A stretch of 64,000 bases of DNA from Basidiobolus meristosporus CBS 931.73 (lineage: Eukaryota; Fungi; Basidiobolomycota): assembly GCA_002104905.1 (NCBI GenBank), contig MCFE01000305.1, positions 1-64,000 of the forward strand, written 5' to 3'. Position 1 is the first letter of the stretch. The number at the start of each line of letters is the position of its first letter. The translations under genes and the position numbers were made by a program. The notes under the pieces were generated by a model. It saw only the letters and a list, made by a program, of their open reading frames with translations, had not been told where the DNA came from and searched no databases. Below are positions 1-12,055 of the stretch, piece after piece.

Positions 1-400
1 GTAAAACTACTGAATATAACTTAGTTAAATCCGCTTGCTGTCTTACAGATTAAATGATTGCAGACAAATCTATGAAGCCATTAGCTAGAGACAAATCATA
101 GGTCAATATCAGAACTATTCAGTATGAGCGTTTAGCTGAGCAGGAGTATTGTAGAGGCTCATAAATCCACCTAAATACTCACCTAACTTGCCACTCAGAT
201 CTTTACCTACAAATCTTAGAGAATACTGACCACATTCCTTGTTAGGATCTACCTGGAATATTTTTATTAAAATATCAGATACCCAGTCATGAAGATTTGA
301 TAAGTTGTCAAAACAGCCCACAATTTGCACACTTGTTCTAAGAGCCTTCCTAAATCTATTCTCAGTGCCCATTACTCTAAGACCATGTAAAAGTATAAAT
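1..400 (+). mobile_element. 3' end of a decayed copia element (family C-like): RNase H tail, polypurine tract, partial LTR from 147
   Basis: 1-146 aligns by eye to 54700-54841 (MIAD..KPLARDK region, then ...gagcaggag PPT). The LTR starts TATTGTAG at 147 and resembles the LTR at 50534 up to the aagtataaat TATA motif. Right boundary approximate. Confidence 0.75.
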
Positions 401-559
401 GTTGATATTTGGCTTGAATTTGGATTTAAAAATATATATTTCAAGGCAAATTTTTAAACTTGTTGGTAATTATTGAATTAGCACCATGAGATTTAGTTCA
501 TGCATTTGTGAAATAGTAATGCATGTAAGCTGATATTTAGCCTGAATTTGGATTTAAAA

Positions 560-2465
560 AATATTTAAAACAAAACCTGGACAAAGTTAAGGTTTGGCTT
601 CATTAGGGTAGCTGCTAACTTACAGTTATCCACATGGTACCACTTGAACTTATCTTGAATATAATTGGACTGTCTAAGGGTGATAATTTAGATACCTCTA
701 TTTAGAGAGAAATTTATCTTTAAGTAGTAACTGAGTTCTCCTAGATAAGACATCTTGAACTCCTTAGATGTGCTGGATATAGTCTCTTCCAATGTTTCTC
801 AGTTATTGGTGGCTATAATAATTGCACCAATATATAGAGCTAACAGAGCCAGACTTGCTCTACCTAGCTTATAGTAGATACAGTGGTTGGCAGTACATTT
901 GTGGAAACTCAGTGATTCCAAATACAAATCTATTTTGCAATTCTAGGCTCCTGATGATAGCTTCACACCATATAGAGATTTTTAATCTTGCAGACCAAGC
1001 TTAGGTTATCCTGTCCAACAAACATATCAAGATGGTCTATGTACAAGTTTTCATCAAGTTCTCCATACCAAAATGTAGCTTTACATCCATTTGAGGAGCC
1101 AAAAACCTATATTTGGCTGCACTAGTTGGTAGACTTGTTGTGTTGGATAGTGCTACATTGAGCCATGGGTGCCAAATAGTGCCATTACATGCCAGAAAGG
1201 CGTAGTAGACCTGAACTTAGCCACAGAGTGTAAAACATGACTCTTCATCTACATGAGTAGCAGCCCCCGTGTTTCACCCATAGCACTGGAGAAAATCCAT
1301 TTAATGACCTTTTTTTTGAATCAACATTGTTCAGGATGTGTAAGAGCACAGAAGGACTGAAGACATGGATCTGATACCCAATAATCATGGCACTCTGAAT
1401 CTAGCCATGTGGCTTGTATCATGTCACAAAGATTATGGCACTATCTTGGTACACTGGTACTATCAGGCACTATAAGTGCTTTTATAGGTTTTACTTTAGG
1501 TCTAATATTTAAATATAGTGCCTGATAGTACCAGTGGACCAAGATAGTGCCATAATCTTTGTGACATGATACAAGCCACAGGGCTAGATTCAGAGTGCCA
1601 TGGGTAATGAGTACCTGACACATATCTTCAATTTTTTTGTGCTCTTACACATCCTGCACAACATTGATTCAAAAAAAAGGTCAAAAAATGGATTTTCTCC
1701 AGCACAATGGGTGAAACACAGGGGCTGCTTTGCATGAAGATGCAGAGCTATGTTTCACACTCTGTGGCCATGTATAGGCGCACTTTGCCTCCTTGGGACA
1801 CTATAGCCTCATTTGGCACTCATGTCTTGATATGGCACTATCCAACAGAATAAGTCCAGTATTTGTATGCTGGAATTAATCTTGGCTACTGATGCACAGG
1901 TCTCAGTGTAGTCCAGTCCTTTGTCTGAGAGTATCCTATGGCCATAAATCTTACTTTGTGTCTCTCAAATATACCATCAGCAATGTAACTTTTGTAGATG
2001 ACCTATCAGCATCCACTTCATTTTTTGCTAGTTGGGAATTTGACTAGGTACCAAGTTTGATTTTTCATCAGGGCCTGATACTCTGTGGTCATTGCACATC
2101 TCCAAGCTTCCTCCAAAGGCAATTTTGGAACTCTTTTACTGTCTATGATCCATCAATTTGAACTGAATAGGCATAGGATACCTTTGTACCCTCATTGATA
2201 TAGTAATACAGGCAGTGCCTGATCTGGTTGGATCCTCTGGCTTGTGACCCTGAAATAATCACTTGATGCACTAATTCAGATCAAACCAAGATTATAGAGT
2301 TCTCTGGAATGTTCTATTTTTGAGATATACTGCAGTAACAACTGACTCTGTTCAAAGATCATAGGATAATTTTGATAATGGATATAGATCTGCAGTTTCA
2401 ATTATTGTATTGCTTGCATATTCTGCCACTCATTTTGTTATGGAGAGTATGGTGCAGTAATCTCT
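560..2465 (-). pseudogene. Decayed copia (family C-like) integrase core and reverse transcriptase, interrupted by a foldback element
   Basis: Reverse complement aligns to 52610-54130 (e.g. tcagttgttactgcagtatatctcaaaaatag; caaatggatgtaaa; ggtctgcaagattaaaa). Many stops and frameshifts. Confidence 0.8.
1131..1857. mobile_element. Foldback/MITE-like element, copy 1: 344-bp inverted arms plus 39-bp spacer
   Basis: Arms 1131-1474 and 1514-1857 are reverse complements. Termini AGACTT...AAGTC(C/T). Flanks GGT/AGT form a 3-bp TSD; removing one copy restores the copia RT frame (ata cta act agt gca). Confidence 0.9.
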
Positions 2466-3560
2466 TACTTTATCCCAAGTATTTTTGCAGAAGTGGATGA
2501 AGAGTTTTGAGGTATATTCTGTGATAATGAAAAGTATTCCATTACTACATATCTCAAAACCAATATTGGACTCATTTCTTTATTTTTCTTTGTACTATCA
2601 TAACACACAAGTGAAAGATCAAGAATTTCCAGCTTTGAAGGACAAATGCTCCAGACCCTGACAAGAAATTCACCCAAGAATATTATTTCATGCCAAATGC
2701 TCAGTAGTCAACACATGGTTCAAGTTACAGCTCATTTGAAGCAGTACTCAAGGAGTTATGATCAAAAGAGCCCAATTATCATATAAACTAGGCCTCTATT
2801 GCTAGAATTACTATGGTGACTTTGATTGTGTGTAGCTTTCAAATCAGCCAATAAAATCACGTGATATTTTCACAGGTGCTGCACCTATGTGCAATCTGCA
2901 CTACTGCAAAATTTTGGCTTTGTATAATATGTATTGCTTGCGCAAAATTTTGATCCCTCAGAATTTTCATATATGTGACTTCCCCAGCTGAAAAATAAAG
3001 GAGAGTCTCTCTTTCCAGAATCTCCACACTACAGTTACAAGTTCAAAGGTTATAAGACTTCCTCTGCATCACTGGCACTGTTGAGTATTCTGACTTTGAT
3101 TGGTACTACATCAGCAAAGAGACTGCAAAGCTCACAAGAATCCAATCTAAGTTCTACATGAAAACTACAACTTTTCTGTTGGAAAGTCCCCACTAAGAAG
3201 CCCCTTTATTCTAAAGATACCCCTTTAGAGACCCCTTTAAGAAGCCCCTTTACCTAAAGAAGCCCCTTCAGGCACTCCTTTAGTGTAAATTCCACTTTAG
3301 TGACCACTACAAAAAGCCCCTTTACTCTGACACCACTTTAGACACCCCATTAGGTCTAAAGACCCCTTTAGAGACTTCTACACTACACCCCTTTAGGTTA
3401 AAGGGGAGTTCAGAATTTCCATATTAGCAAATATTTTCTCAGAAAGAAAAGTGACTTCCAAATAAGGAGAAGTTACATAAAAGTAAATAAGCCCAGTAAT
3501 TGACAGAAGGTCAGAACACTGCTGTAGAAGTGAGAATCACTGTCTATAATATATTTTAAG
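2466..3560. repeat. Unclassified dispersed repeat 'module M', with paralogs at 45895-50533 (split by insertions), 58230-58410 and 33940-33990
   Basis: Direct sequence similarity, e.g. aagatcaagaatttcca.ctttgaag, ttacagctcatttgaagcagtact, gacttccccagctgaaaaata, ctgcaaagctcacaagaat. Boundaries approximate. Confidence 0.8.
3190..3410 (+). repeat. Array of CCCCTTTA motifs ending in a CCCCTTTA-GGT-TAAAGGGG hairpin
   Basis: About a dozen imperfect CCCCTTTA copies. The last is followed by its reverse complement. The same array occurs at 50270-50420. Confidence 0.85.
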
Positions 3561-3976
3561 CCCAAGATTGAGGATATTAGTGAAAATTATATCTTCTATT
3601 GGTATATCAAACTCCCAATAAGCTATTCTAGTATTAGCATTCTGGAACTTTTTGTATAATGTTGATTAGCTTCCACATTGCAGAACAAGCCTCAAACTAG
3701 TCATAATACAACACAACAATTCTCCACCCCTGTCAGAGTATATTTGCTAATATTTTCACCAGTTTCTCTTTTCACCACAGCTTTAAGCTCCCTGAGCTTT
3801 GACAGTGCTTCTTCTTTTGTTTTCATAAAGTTAACCCATAACTATCTTGTATTATCATCGATAAAGGTGATCAAATTCTTCATCATTCTTAAGGATGAAT
3901 TACGGTTAAGTCCACACAGATGTCATTGAAATAGATGAGATTGTGTCTTAGTCTTGATGATACCATGGCTCTTGAG

Positions 3977-4900
3977 TGTTGTAATTATTAAGTTGTCTCC
4001 TTAATGTTCAGGATAGCTTAGTCACATAGATCTTATTTGTTGATTATCATTCTGTACTGACCAAATTTCTTGTCAGGATCTACCTAGAATATTTTCACCA
4101 AATTATCAGGTACCCAGATCATAATCTTTCCTATAGTTGTCCAAAAGCCCCAAACTTTGCATACATATTCTTGGAACCTTCCATGACAGAACCTACATAT
4201 TTGTTTGCTCTACTTTGTCAAAAGTATAAATACCATACATTTGATCAATAAATCCACAATTATATAACATGTAAATCCACTAATTCTCATTACCACTTCC
4301 AATATTTCTCAGAATATTGCAAGAGGTTATAAACCCCAAGTCTGCTATTCTCTTAGTGTCTACTTTGCCTTGAATTCTTTTCTGCTATTCTGGAGAAAGA
4401 CTTTCTGCACTATTGCTCTGCTAAAGTTAACAATTACTACCACTGCCCAACGGACTATGTTCCTGAGGATATTGCTGTAGAGAAGAAGAACTTGCCCCCA
4501 AGATACTGATTTAGTACCTACTGAAGCTTGTTATGAAGCAGAGTCTAGCAAGCTGGCATGTAAATATGTCAAGAGATATAGTACATTGGTGCTCTACCAC
4601 TACTGAAGAAATTGTGTAATATCAGCATTTGAGGGTCCAGTACTGCAAAGAAATATATTGCTGTATGTATTTATATGACCTCAATGCATGTTAGACAAGC
4701 TTTTGGATAAGATATTATACAGCTTGCAAATGCAGTTTATTTGATCAAATTTTATCAACTCTATCTAAAGTTATCATAGATCTAAGTGGATACCAATTTT
4801 GATTATTTCACTGCTAAATAGTCATATATTCTGGAACAGTGCCATGAGGACTTCTATGCTAAAGCACGCTGTGGTCCCTCCTGTAGGAGAGTCCAGAGCC
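3977..4900 (+). mobile_element. Truncated copia-type element: 348-bp 5' LTR (3977-4324), decayed PBS GGTTATAAACCCC, decayed leader/gag
   Basis: LTR runs TGTTGT...TTGCAAGA and is similar to the 50534 LTR. The internal region shares blocks (tattctggagaaagact, tactacc.ctgc) with the 5' internal region of the 46605-49905 element. Right end approximate. Confidence 0.7.
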
Positions 4901-5180
4901 ATCCCACAAATGGGATCTTGCTTGGATCCTTAGCAGAAAAAGAAAAAGTAGAGAAATGGGAAAATATTACTACTACAAATTAGGGTACTCACCATATGGA
5001 GCCAAAACCTATGTAGGCTATATTTGGACTATCTATCAGTGCAGATATGCTTCATGGTGCCTCTTGTACAAAGTCATTGAGTCACAAATTCCACAAGAGC
5101 CTTGAAATTTCAACATGATCTATCAGATATTGTAGTTTAAATTGGAGCAGATTCATTGAAGCAGAAGTCTTGATGTGTGC

Positions 5181-5731
5181 TGTGGTGGTGTAGAGGTACT
5201 CCTGGGAGAAGCTACACAACTCAAGGTGTGTGAGGTGTCTGATGGGTGCAATACCCTCTGTGTCTAAACTGCTGGTGTCTTTGTCAATATATCACAATGG
5301 TAAAAGCTCCTGCTTCTCTAGCTTCCTAGGTGCTCCAAGTGTCTCCAAAGTCCTCTGTGTGTCTTGTGCACTACCCTGAAAAGCTCCTTGATGGCAGGTC
5401 TGAGATGTAATGTTAAAGGCAGGTGCAGTGATCAACTGCTAATCAATAAGATAGAAGTGCTACTGATAGAAGGGATGATTTATTGATGAGGGATTGCTTT
5501 CCCTTAAATACTTTTCCTGATTGCCAAGTGATTACTAATGACAAGGTTCTCAAAGATTCTAGGTATTAGTGGAATTCTTGATGACATCACTATGAGCTGA
5601 AATTATGCCAAGAATGTCCTGGAAGGTTCTAAAAGGCACAGCACATTCAACCAATCAGTAATCAGTAATCTGAAACCTGTGCAACATAGAAATACCATAT
5701 ATGGTATTGAACTAGTAGGGATGGTAACACA
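5181..5731 (-). mobile_element. LTR family D, ~551-bp solo-like LTR
   Basis: TGT...ACA ends. Homologous to 34008-34557 (opposite orientation) and to 56030-56322, where it abuts a tRNA-Lys PBS. No TSD seen. Confidence 0.75.
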
Positions 5732-6499
5732 GACCTAGGTCATGTGTCATAGGTACTTGACATGGGTACTTGCCTTATGTAGATACATATACTGATCACA
5801 AAGCTGAATATTATCTGGGATAACTAATGCTAATAACTAATCAGGGTAAACATCATATGGGGATAATACTGATAATATGGGCAAAAGAAGAATGGGATAA
5901 TACTGATAAGATACAATATGGATAGGTTTATCATAATGACTACATGAATAAACTTGTCGGTGGGAGGTATGTTTACCCTACCACAGTGCTGTCTATGGAG
6001 CTAAAAGAAAAAAGGTGCAAGCATCAACCAGATGGGCTTTATAGATTCTGAAGACTCTGAGAACATCAGTTAGCCTTGCAAACCAAGCTCAAGGTTGAAA
6101 ATACCTATTAGGAGAATAAGGATGATCAAAGCCCTTGTTAAGAGGAATCTCACTTCTGGAAATGCACTAAACTCTACTCTATATGTATATTCTGATAAGA
6201 CAAAAGCATTTGTATCAATTCAAATCAGTGGAAGCACTCTGAAAATACCTACTCAATAATCAATGGTACTTTCTGATACCAAACTGGGAAAACCAAGAAG
6301 CAAATGGACCTTGAGTCTATTGTAAGCAAAGTAATCTATCAAAGATAGATATTGTTACTTAAGGAAAACAAATATGACCACTCTAGATCATTTTTGTAAA
6401 TCTGACGCACTAAATAGGCATGGTTCAAGTAGGAGCAGGCCATCCTAGCTCAGAGTTGAACAAAAACCCTTTTTTGGTCATGTACTGTGTGACACAGTA

Positions 6500-7560
6500 C
6501 CAAGAAATGGGATAATCTGGATCACATATAGATGACAAAGCCTTAGCTTTGCCTAATATAGGTCATTTCTATTACCTCACATAGAATCTATATGATGGAA
6601 GCTACTGTCCCTGAGCCTAGTATGGACATACAGTGAAGTTGTCTAAATGAATTAGACTGTTGCCAGAAGTAAGGAAACTCCAGTTCTGTGGTATATGGCA
6701 AAGCCTGAACCTGACAAAAAGTGGATCAATTTTGCTACAATAACATTGAGCAGTTGTCTGACTTATTTCCCATTTATGCAGACTCCACAATGTTCTACAC
6801 CTACTGGGGGATCAACTTTACATTGTGAATTAGCCAATATTTGATCATATTTCACAAAGAGTGCAAATAGATGTGCCCTAATCTCCAGTGCAAATGCATT
6901 GGTACTTGTTCATGTAAGTTACTTATATTGGCTACAAGATAGGATGAAACATAAGTCAACTTGCACCAAATCTGATCTCCAATGCCCAAAGCAATATGGG
7001 CACCATTTTAATTGTTGATACAGCATCCAGAACTGTCAATACTGAAACTGAGCCCTTTGGCAGTGGCCTTGCTTACGGATAGTGGTTTCTTGGCTATTTC
7101 TGGTACATAGAGAGCTTCTCCAAAGACAAGTGTGAGGGCTCCTTCAGAGATTCAGAGATTTTCCTGGATAGTTCCTTCTCAGGCCACATCAATTGTTCCA
7201 TCATCAACCCAGAAAACCTTCTCAGTTAAACTTGTTGATATTGATTTAAAAGCTGTTTCTGGTATGTAAAGTGCTGGGATGCTCCAGAGTAAACATAATA
7301 CAACAGAGAACCCTTATTTGTGGTCATATCTAGTGCAGATTTGAATAGTCTATCCCCAGTTGCCAGTGCATTCCCATATTCCGGCCTTTTTTGCTGATTA
7401 CCCCTTTTTTTGAGGTACCAGCTTGATTTGTGTCCCTTCAGTGTTCAGTAGATGCAAAACAGATTGCTGCAGCACTTGAAGGGTCTTGAGTACCTCCTGT
7501 GCCTGTTATCATTGCTTCTCAAACCAGTTCCTTCTTCCTTCTGACTGATAATTGATTTTT
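6500..7560 (-). pseudogene. Decayed copia (family C-like) gag-end, protease and pre-integrase region
   Basis: Reverse complement aligns to 51510-52400 (gagaaggaactatcca; ctatgtaccagaaatagccaagaa; gtgcccatattgctttggg). Confidence 0.75.
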
Positions 7561-8052
7561 GTATACTTCATCCAAACATCTCACATATACATATCTGAGG
7601 TCAAATGTTCAAATCTGGACTATAGTGCCAATACAAACCCCAAGACATATCTGTCAGGGTATTCAGAATGATAACTATCACATCCACATCAGTAGCTGGT
7701 GCACCTGCAGACTTCTCTCATCAACTATTGGGTTATTCTATGAATTTTATCTTCAGTTCTTCAGCTGGCTGCATCTTTGGGGTAGAGTATACTCATCTAA
7801 AATACATCTTCTTAGCAGCTAGACATGAGCTCATCAGTATTATCTAATTCTTCCAGGCTGTCCTCCACGTGCCAATTCATCACATCCATGGCAAACTTGA
7901 AGGTTATATTCTTGCTGAGACTGCAACATGGTAGTACTTGCATCTTGACTTGTCTTCCTATCTCCCCACACAAATGCTACATAGGAAACTCCCAAAAGCT
8001 GATGCAAGGCCCAATACTCTCCACACACCAATCAAGATGGAGCAGAGATTGA
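7560..8052 (-). pseudogene. Reverse-oriented fragment of CACTA Tnp2 C-terminal (DUF4218-like) region
   Basis: Reverse complement matches 42216-42700 and 20240-20460 (ttttgggagtttcctatg = WEFPM motif). Confidence 0.75.
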
Positions 8053-11000
8053 GCCTATGAAGGTACTTGTTGTAATACTATACAAAGGTTGTTGCATAGT
8101 TTAGATCCTGTGGTCAAGAGGCATTAATGCATATAGGACACTTTGTAATGACTGTTTTGAAAATATTGCATCCCAGATTTCACAAGAAACTTAGTCAAAA
8201 TATCACATCAAAACAATGTATCAGTAGCTTTTGATTGGTTTTCTGCAAATTGTCTCACTTTCTAGTTCTGGACACTGAATCACCTTCTACATTTATCTAC
8301 ATAGATTAGCTATTGCATCTTCTACACACGTCTTACTTACTTACTCAGACAATGCTATTACTTTCATGCATACAAGTTTGTATAATTCCTTTTAATCTTC
8401 AGTTGTTGTTCAATTGCAAATTAAACTAATCTATACAAGTCCCTATACCCAACATTAACAGTAAACTTAACCTCACACTCAACAGATAGCTCCATTAAAA
8501 TACACCATTTAACTGGTACTTCTGCCAATACATTCTTTCTCCAAGACTCTGGTGGTAAACCCACAGCTTTATGCAATTTTCATACCCCAGTTCCCAGACA
8601 TCCTGATTTTTGGTAACAACCACAAGGTCTAGCTTCTCATTTGCTAGTCTTTGCATTCATCCTTGCAATATTCAAGTGAACTATCTTGAGCACAGCTCTT
8701 GATGAAGTGCAGCAACCTTTTGCTGTGCCTGTTATTGCCCCAAAATCTACAGTAGGCCTTGCAATAGTCTTTTGAATTCTTGGCATTGTTGCTTTGACTA
8801 TCAGTGCAATCTCCACACAATCTAAAACGGACAATGTAGAGGCAGTGGCAGATATATTGCCTTTCTCTGCAAGCTAATCTACCTCACTGGAGTGTAGCTA
8901 AAGTGATTGCACTTCCAACTTTTGAGAAAACAGATTTTGTCTCATTAGTAATTAATCTTAGTTATTATGAAATTCAGCCTGTCCTAGGCTTACAGCATCA
9001 ATTGATAAGTACTCAAGCTTTATTCTTACATGTCCCTGACTCTAGCATGGGTGGACTTTTTCTTCTTTATATTTTTCTTTATAACTGCCTGGTCATACTT
9101 TGTCTTCTTGATACATGCTGCACTAGTGTATTCATTTCTGCCTTCTTGTTCCTAACCAACACTCTCCTGGCAGCCTCAGGTGTCTCTGCAGCTGATTTTG
9201 AGCTTTCAGCCCTAGTTGCTGGCACTCTTCCAGACATTTCTTTGCCACGTATTTTAAGCTTTTGGCCCTAGTTATGACCAGCTCCTAAGGAAGCCCTTAG
9301 CATCTATTATTGCAAAGTCCTTCACTTCTATTTGGTATGAGTAACTCTTGAATGGAGCTACACTTATTCTTTGATAAATGTTGTGCTGGTCCATCTGTGT
9401 CAGCCAGCTTGCCCCTTATTGGCACTCTGCCAGCTACCTGAATTCTCCTTGACACTTGTTTGGAGCTTTTAACCCTGCTTGTAATAGGCTCTTGAGGAAG
9501 TTGCTGGTTTTTAGCCATTGCACCCTTATTATTCTGCCTTTGATAGCTTCTGCTATTCTTGAGATACTCTGTGAGCATACCAATGATGGTCCAAAATCTG
9601 ATTGCATGCTTGAAATTGGGATGATTTTCATAGAGCAGGTCAAGCGCATGCTGCTTGGCTTTGAGTTCCTGATGGTCCCATGGTATACTGACCTTAAGGT
9701 GATGGTGTTAAAGAATTCTTACAGCATCTAGTATGTTAGCCCACTCTTCCTTATTACACTCAATGGCTTCACAGATCTCCAGTGTCTTTTGATTTTTAGG
9801 CTGCAGTATATACACCACAGTCTCTCCCTCCCATGTTGTAATATGTTTTTCTGTGGGCTTTATCACTGAGCACTATGATTATGCTTCAAAGACTTGATGG
9901 TGTTCCTCTGCTGTTATATTAGGAAGTTGAACAATACTTAGCTGTGACATTGAGTTACTTGAGTTCCTGCTTTGCAGCAAAGATACTGCATTCTCTACCT
10001 GGGATATCAATTTAGCTACATATACTCTCTGCTGATCCTATCACTGGACTTTTTCCTGATTTCTCTGTGTCATCACATCTTTCTTATCAGCCACTGCACC
10101 TTACTGGCTCATTATTACTTTTTTATGAGCTGACAATACATTGGCTAAAATAGTTGGTGGTGATGGCATGTCAGCCACTAGCTGATCTCCAGCCAAAGGT
10201 ACTGCATTTGCTACATTATCATCTGCTAGGGCATTATGTTCAGCTTGCAGCTCTGCAAAGATTCCCAATTGCCCACTTTACTGAGAGCCTGAGGAGCCTA
10301 CATTATCACCTTCAGTGGGCATACTGTCAACATGGCCATTGTTAGATAAGCCCTGATTGCTACATCAAATGCCCTAGTGTTTTTCTGCTGCTCTCAGCAG
10401 TGTAGTTTTGCAGGAAACCAGACAACTTTATTTTCTTTTATGGCCACAGATATATGAAAATGAGTCCAAACAAAGTGGAAACAGTGTTTCATGCATTTGT
10501 GTTGATGGTGCCACAATTGTATTTATTGTGCTTATTATGGCAGCTTATCATTGAATCCCACATTTATATAGATGCAGGTTATCAAGTACAAGACTGTTGT
10601 TGACTCACATAGGTACTGACCAAGAAGTGACAAAATAGGGTCATGTTACTGAGTGTCAAATAGTTGCCCCATAGAGTGGTATACTTTGATTCAATAGACT
10701 TATTCTGTTGGATAGTGCCACATTAAGCCATGAGTGCCAAATGATGCCATTGTGTGCCAGGTGTGGGTTATTACTGACTGTACTTGGTGAGTGGGAGAGC
10801 TTATAGGTCAAGTCAGTACCACTTGGTTCAGAATAGCCTCCAATAGAAGGTAGCAAGGTTATAAAGACTTGTGTTTATTCCATCCAAATCCTCTTGTCCT
10901 CTCACTTGGTTCAATTGGGTAGATATTTATATCACTTGGGGTGGGGGCTTAGATAATAGACAATGTGTTATAAACAGGGGTGTGAGCACCTTCCTATTAT

Positions 11001-11378
11001 GGTAAGTGTTCTAACTAGATAAGGGCAGGGATAGGAGGGAGGGTGTGTGGGGGAATCATAGGGAGGATACTGGGGGACTTTGAGTAGGGCTCTGTGGAGA
11101 ACTCTTGGGCAAAGAGTGGTACTGCATTCAGTACTCACATATCCTGGGGGTTAAGAGGGAGCTTTGTACTTGAAGTACTTTGACTAACTTGCTTCTCCAG
11201 GGTCAATTTTGTTCATGGAGCATGGGGAGTCACCATAGTACCATTGCTGGTTGTCACTTGCAAGGGGGTCACAGGCAAGTACCTGATACCACTTGGTGGT
11301 AGAGTGGGGTGCGGCTTGCGTTGCTCAAGGGATGTTTTTGACAGAGCTAAATAGCCAGCAAACCACACATGATCAACC

Positions 11379-11720
11379 CGTGTCACCATCCCTACCATTT
11401 CCATACCATATATGGTATCCCTATGTTACACAGGTTTCAAAATACTGATCTGATTGGTTGGATGTGCTGTGCCTCTTAGAACCTTCCAGCACCTACTTAG
11501 AACATTCTTAGGTCATTCTGATGTTATTAAGATTTCTATTGATATCCAGAACCTTCTGGAACACCATGATTAGTAATCACTTAGCCAGTAAGAAAAGTAT
11601 ATAAGGGAGGCTATCCCTCAACAATAAATCATCATCCCTTTTATCAATATACCAACTTGTTGATTAGTGTGATCACTGCTACCTGCTGCTACCTGAACTT
11701 CCAACCTCAGACCACAGGAC
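11379..11720 (+). repeat. Family D-like LTR fragment inside the 3' untranslated region of the gypsy element
   Basis: Matches 34020-34330 and the reverse complement of 5400-5731 (ccatatatggtat, tgattggttggatgtgctgtg, tagaaccttccag). Confidence 0.7.
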
Positions 11721-12055
11721 ACTCCCAGTAAGCCATGCTGACAGCCAACTGACCTTGGAGGCACTACTTGTGAGGAATACTCAGATTAGGTATCTTTTAT
11801 TATTTGATTCTTTCCCAAGTTTGTTCTTGTACAGGCAAAGATACTTTTTGGTCTTTATAACTATGACCACAGCTGCATTCTTATCCAGTCCATGCTGGTG
11901 GAGTTTAGAGTTGTTTTGACTTTGGAAGCTTTAGTACATTGTCATCTCAAAGGACGCTGAACGCAGCACATACTTTTGTTAAGACGCCAACTAAGTTGGG
12001 GATTGTAGCTCAATAGTTTTCCCTTGACAAGCTTGTGGCTTTATTCCCCTTCACA

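Noticed and set aside
3190-3410. CCCCTTTA array as interstitial telomere, CRISPR or coding repeat
   Set aside because: The unit is not CCCTAA/CCCTAAA, there are no unique spacers or cas genes, and mixed 12/19-bp spacing breaks the frame.
5732-6450. AT-rich stretch with short gataatactgata repeats (similar texture at 20520-21000)
   Set aside because: Could not assign boundaries, homology or function by eye.
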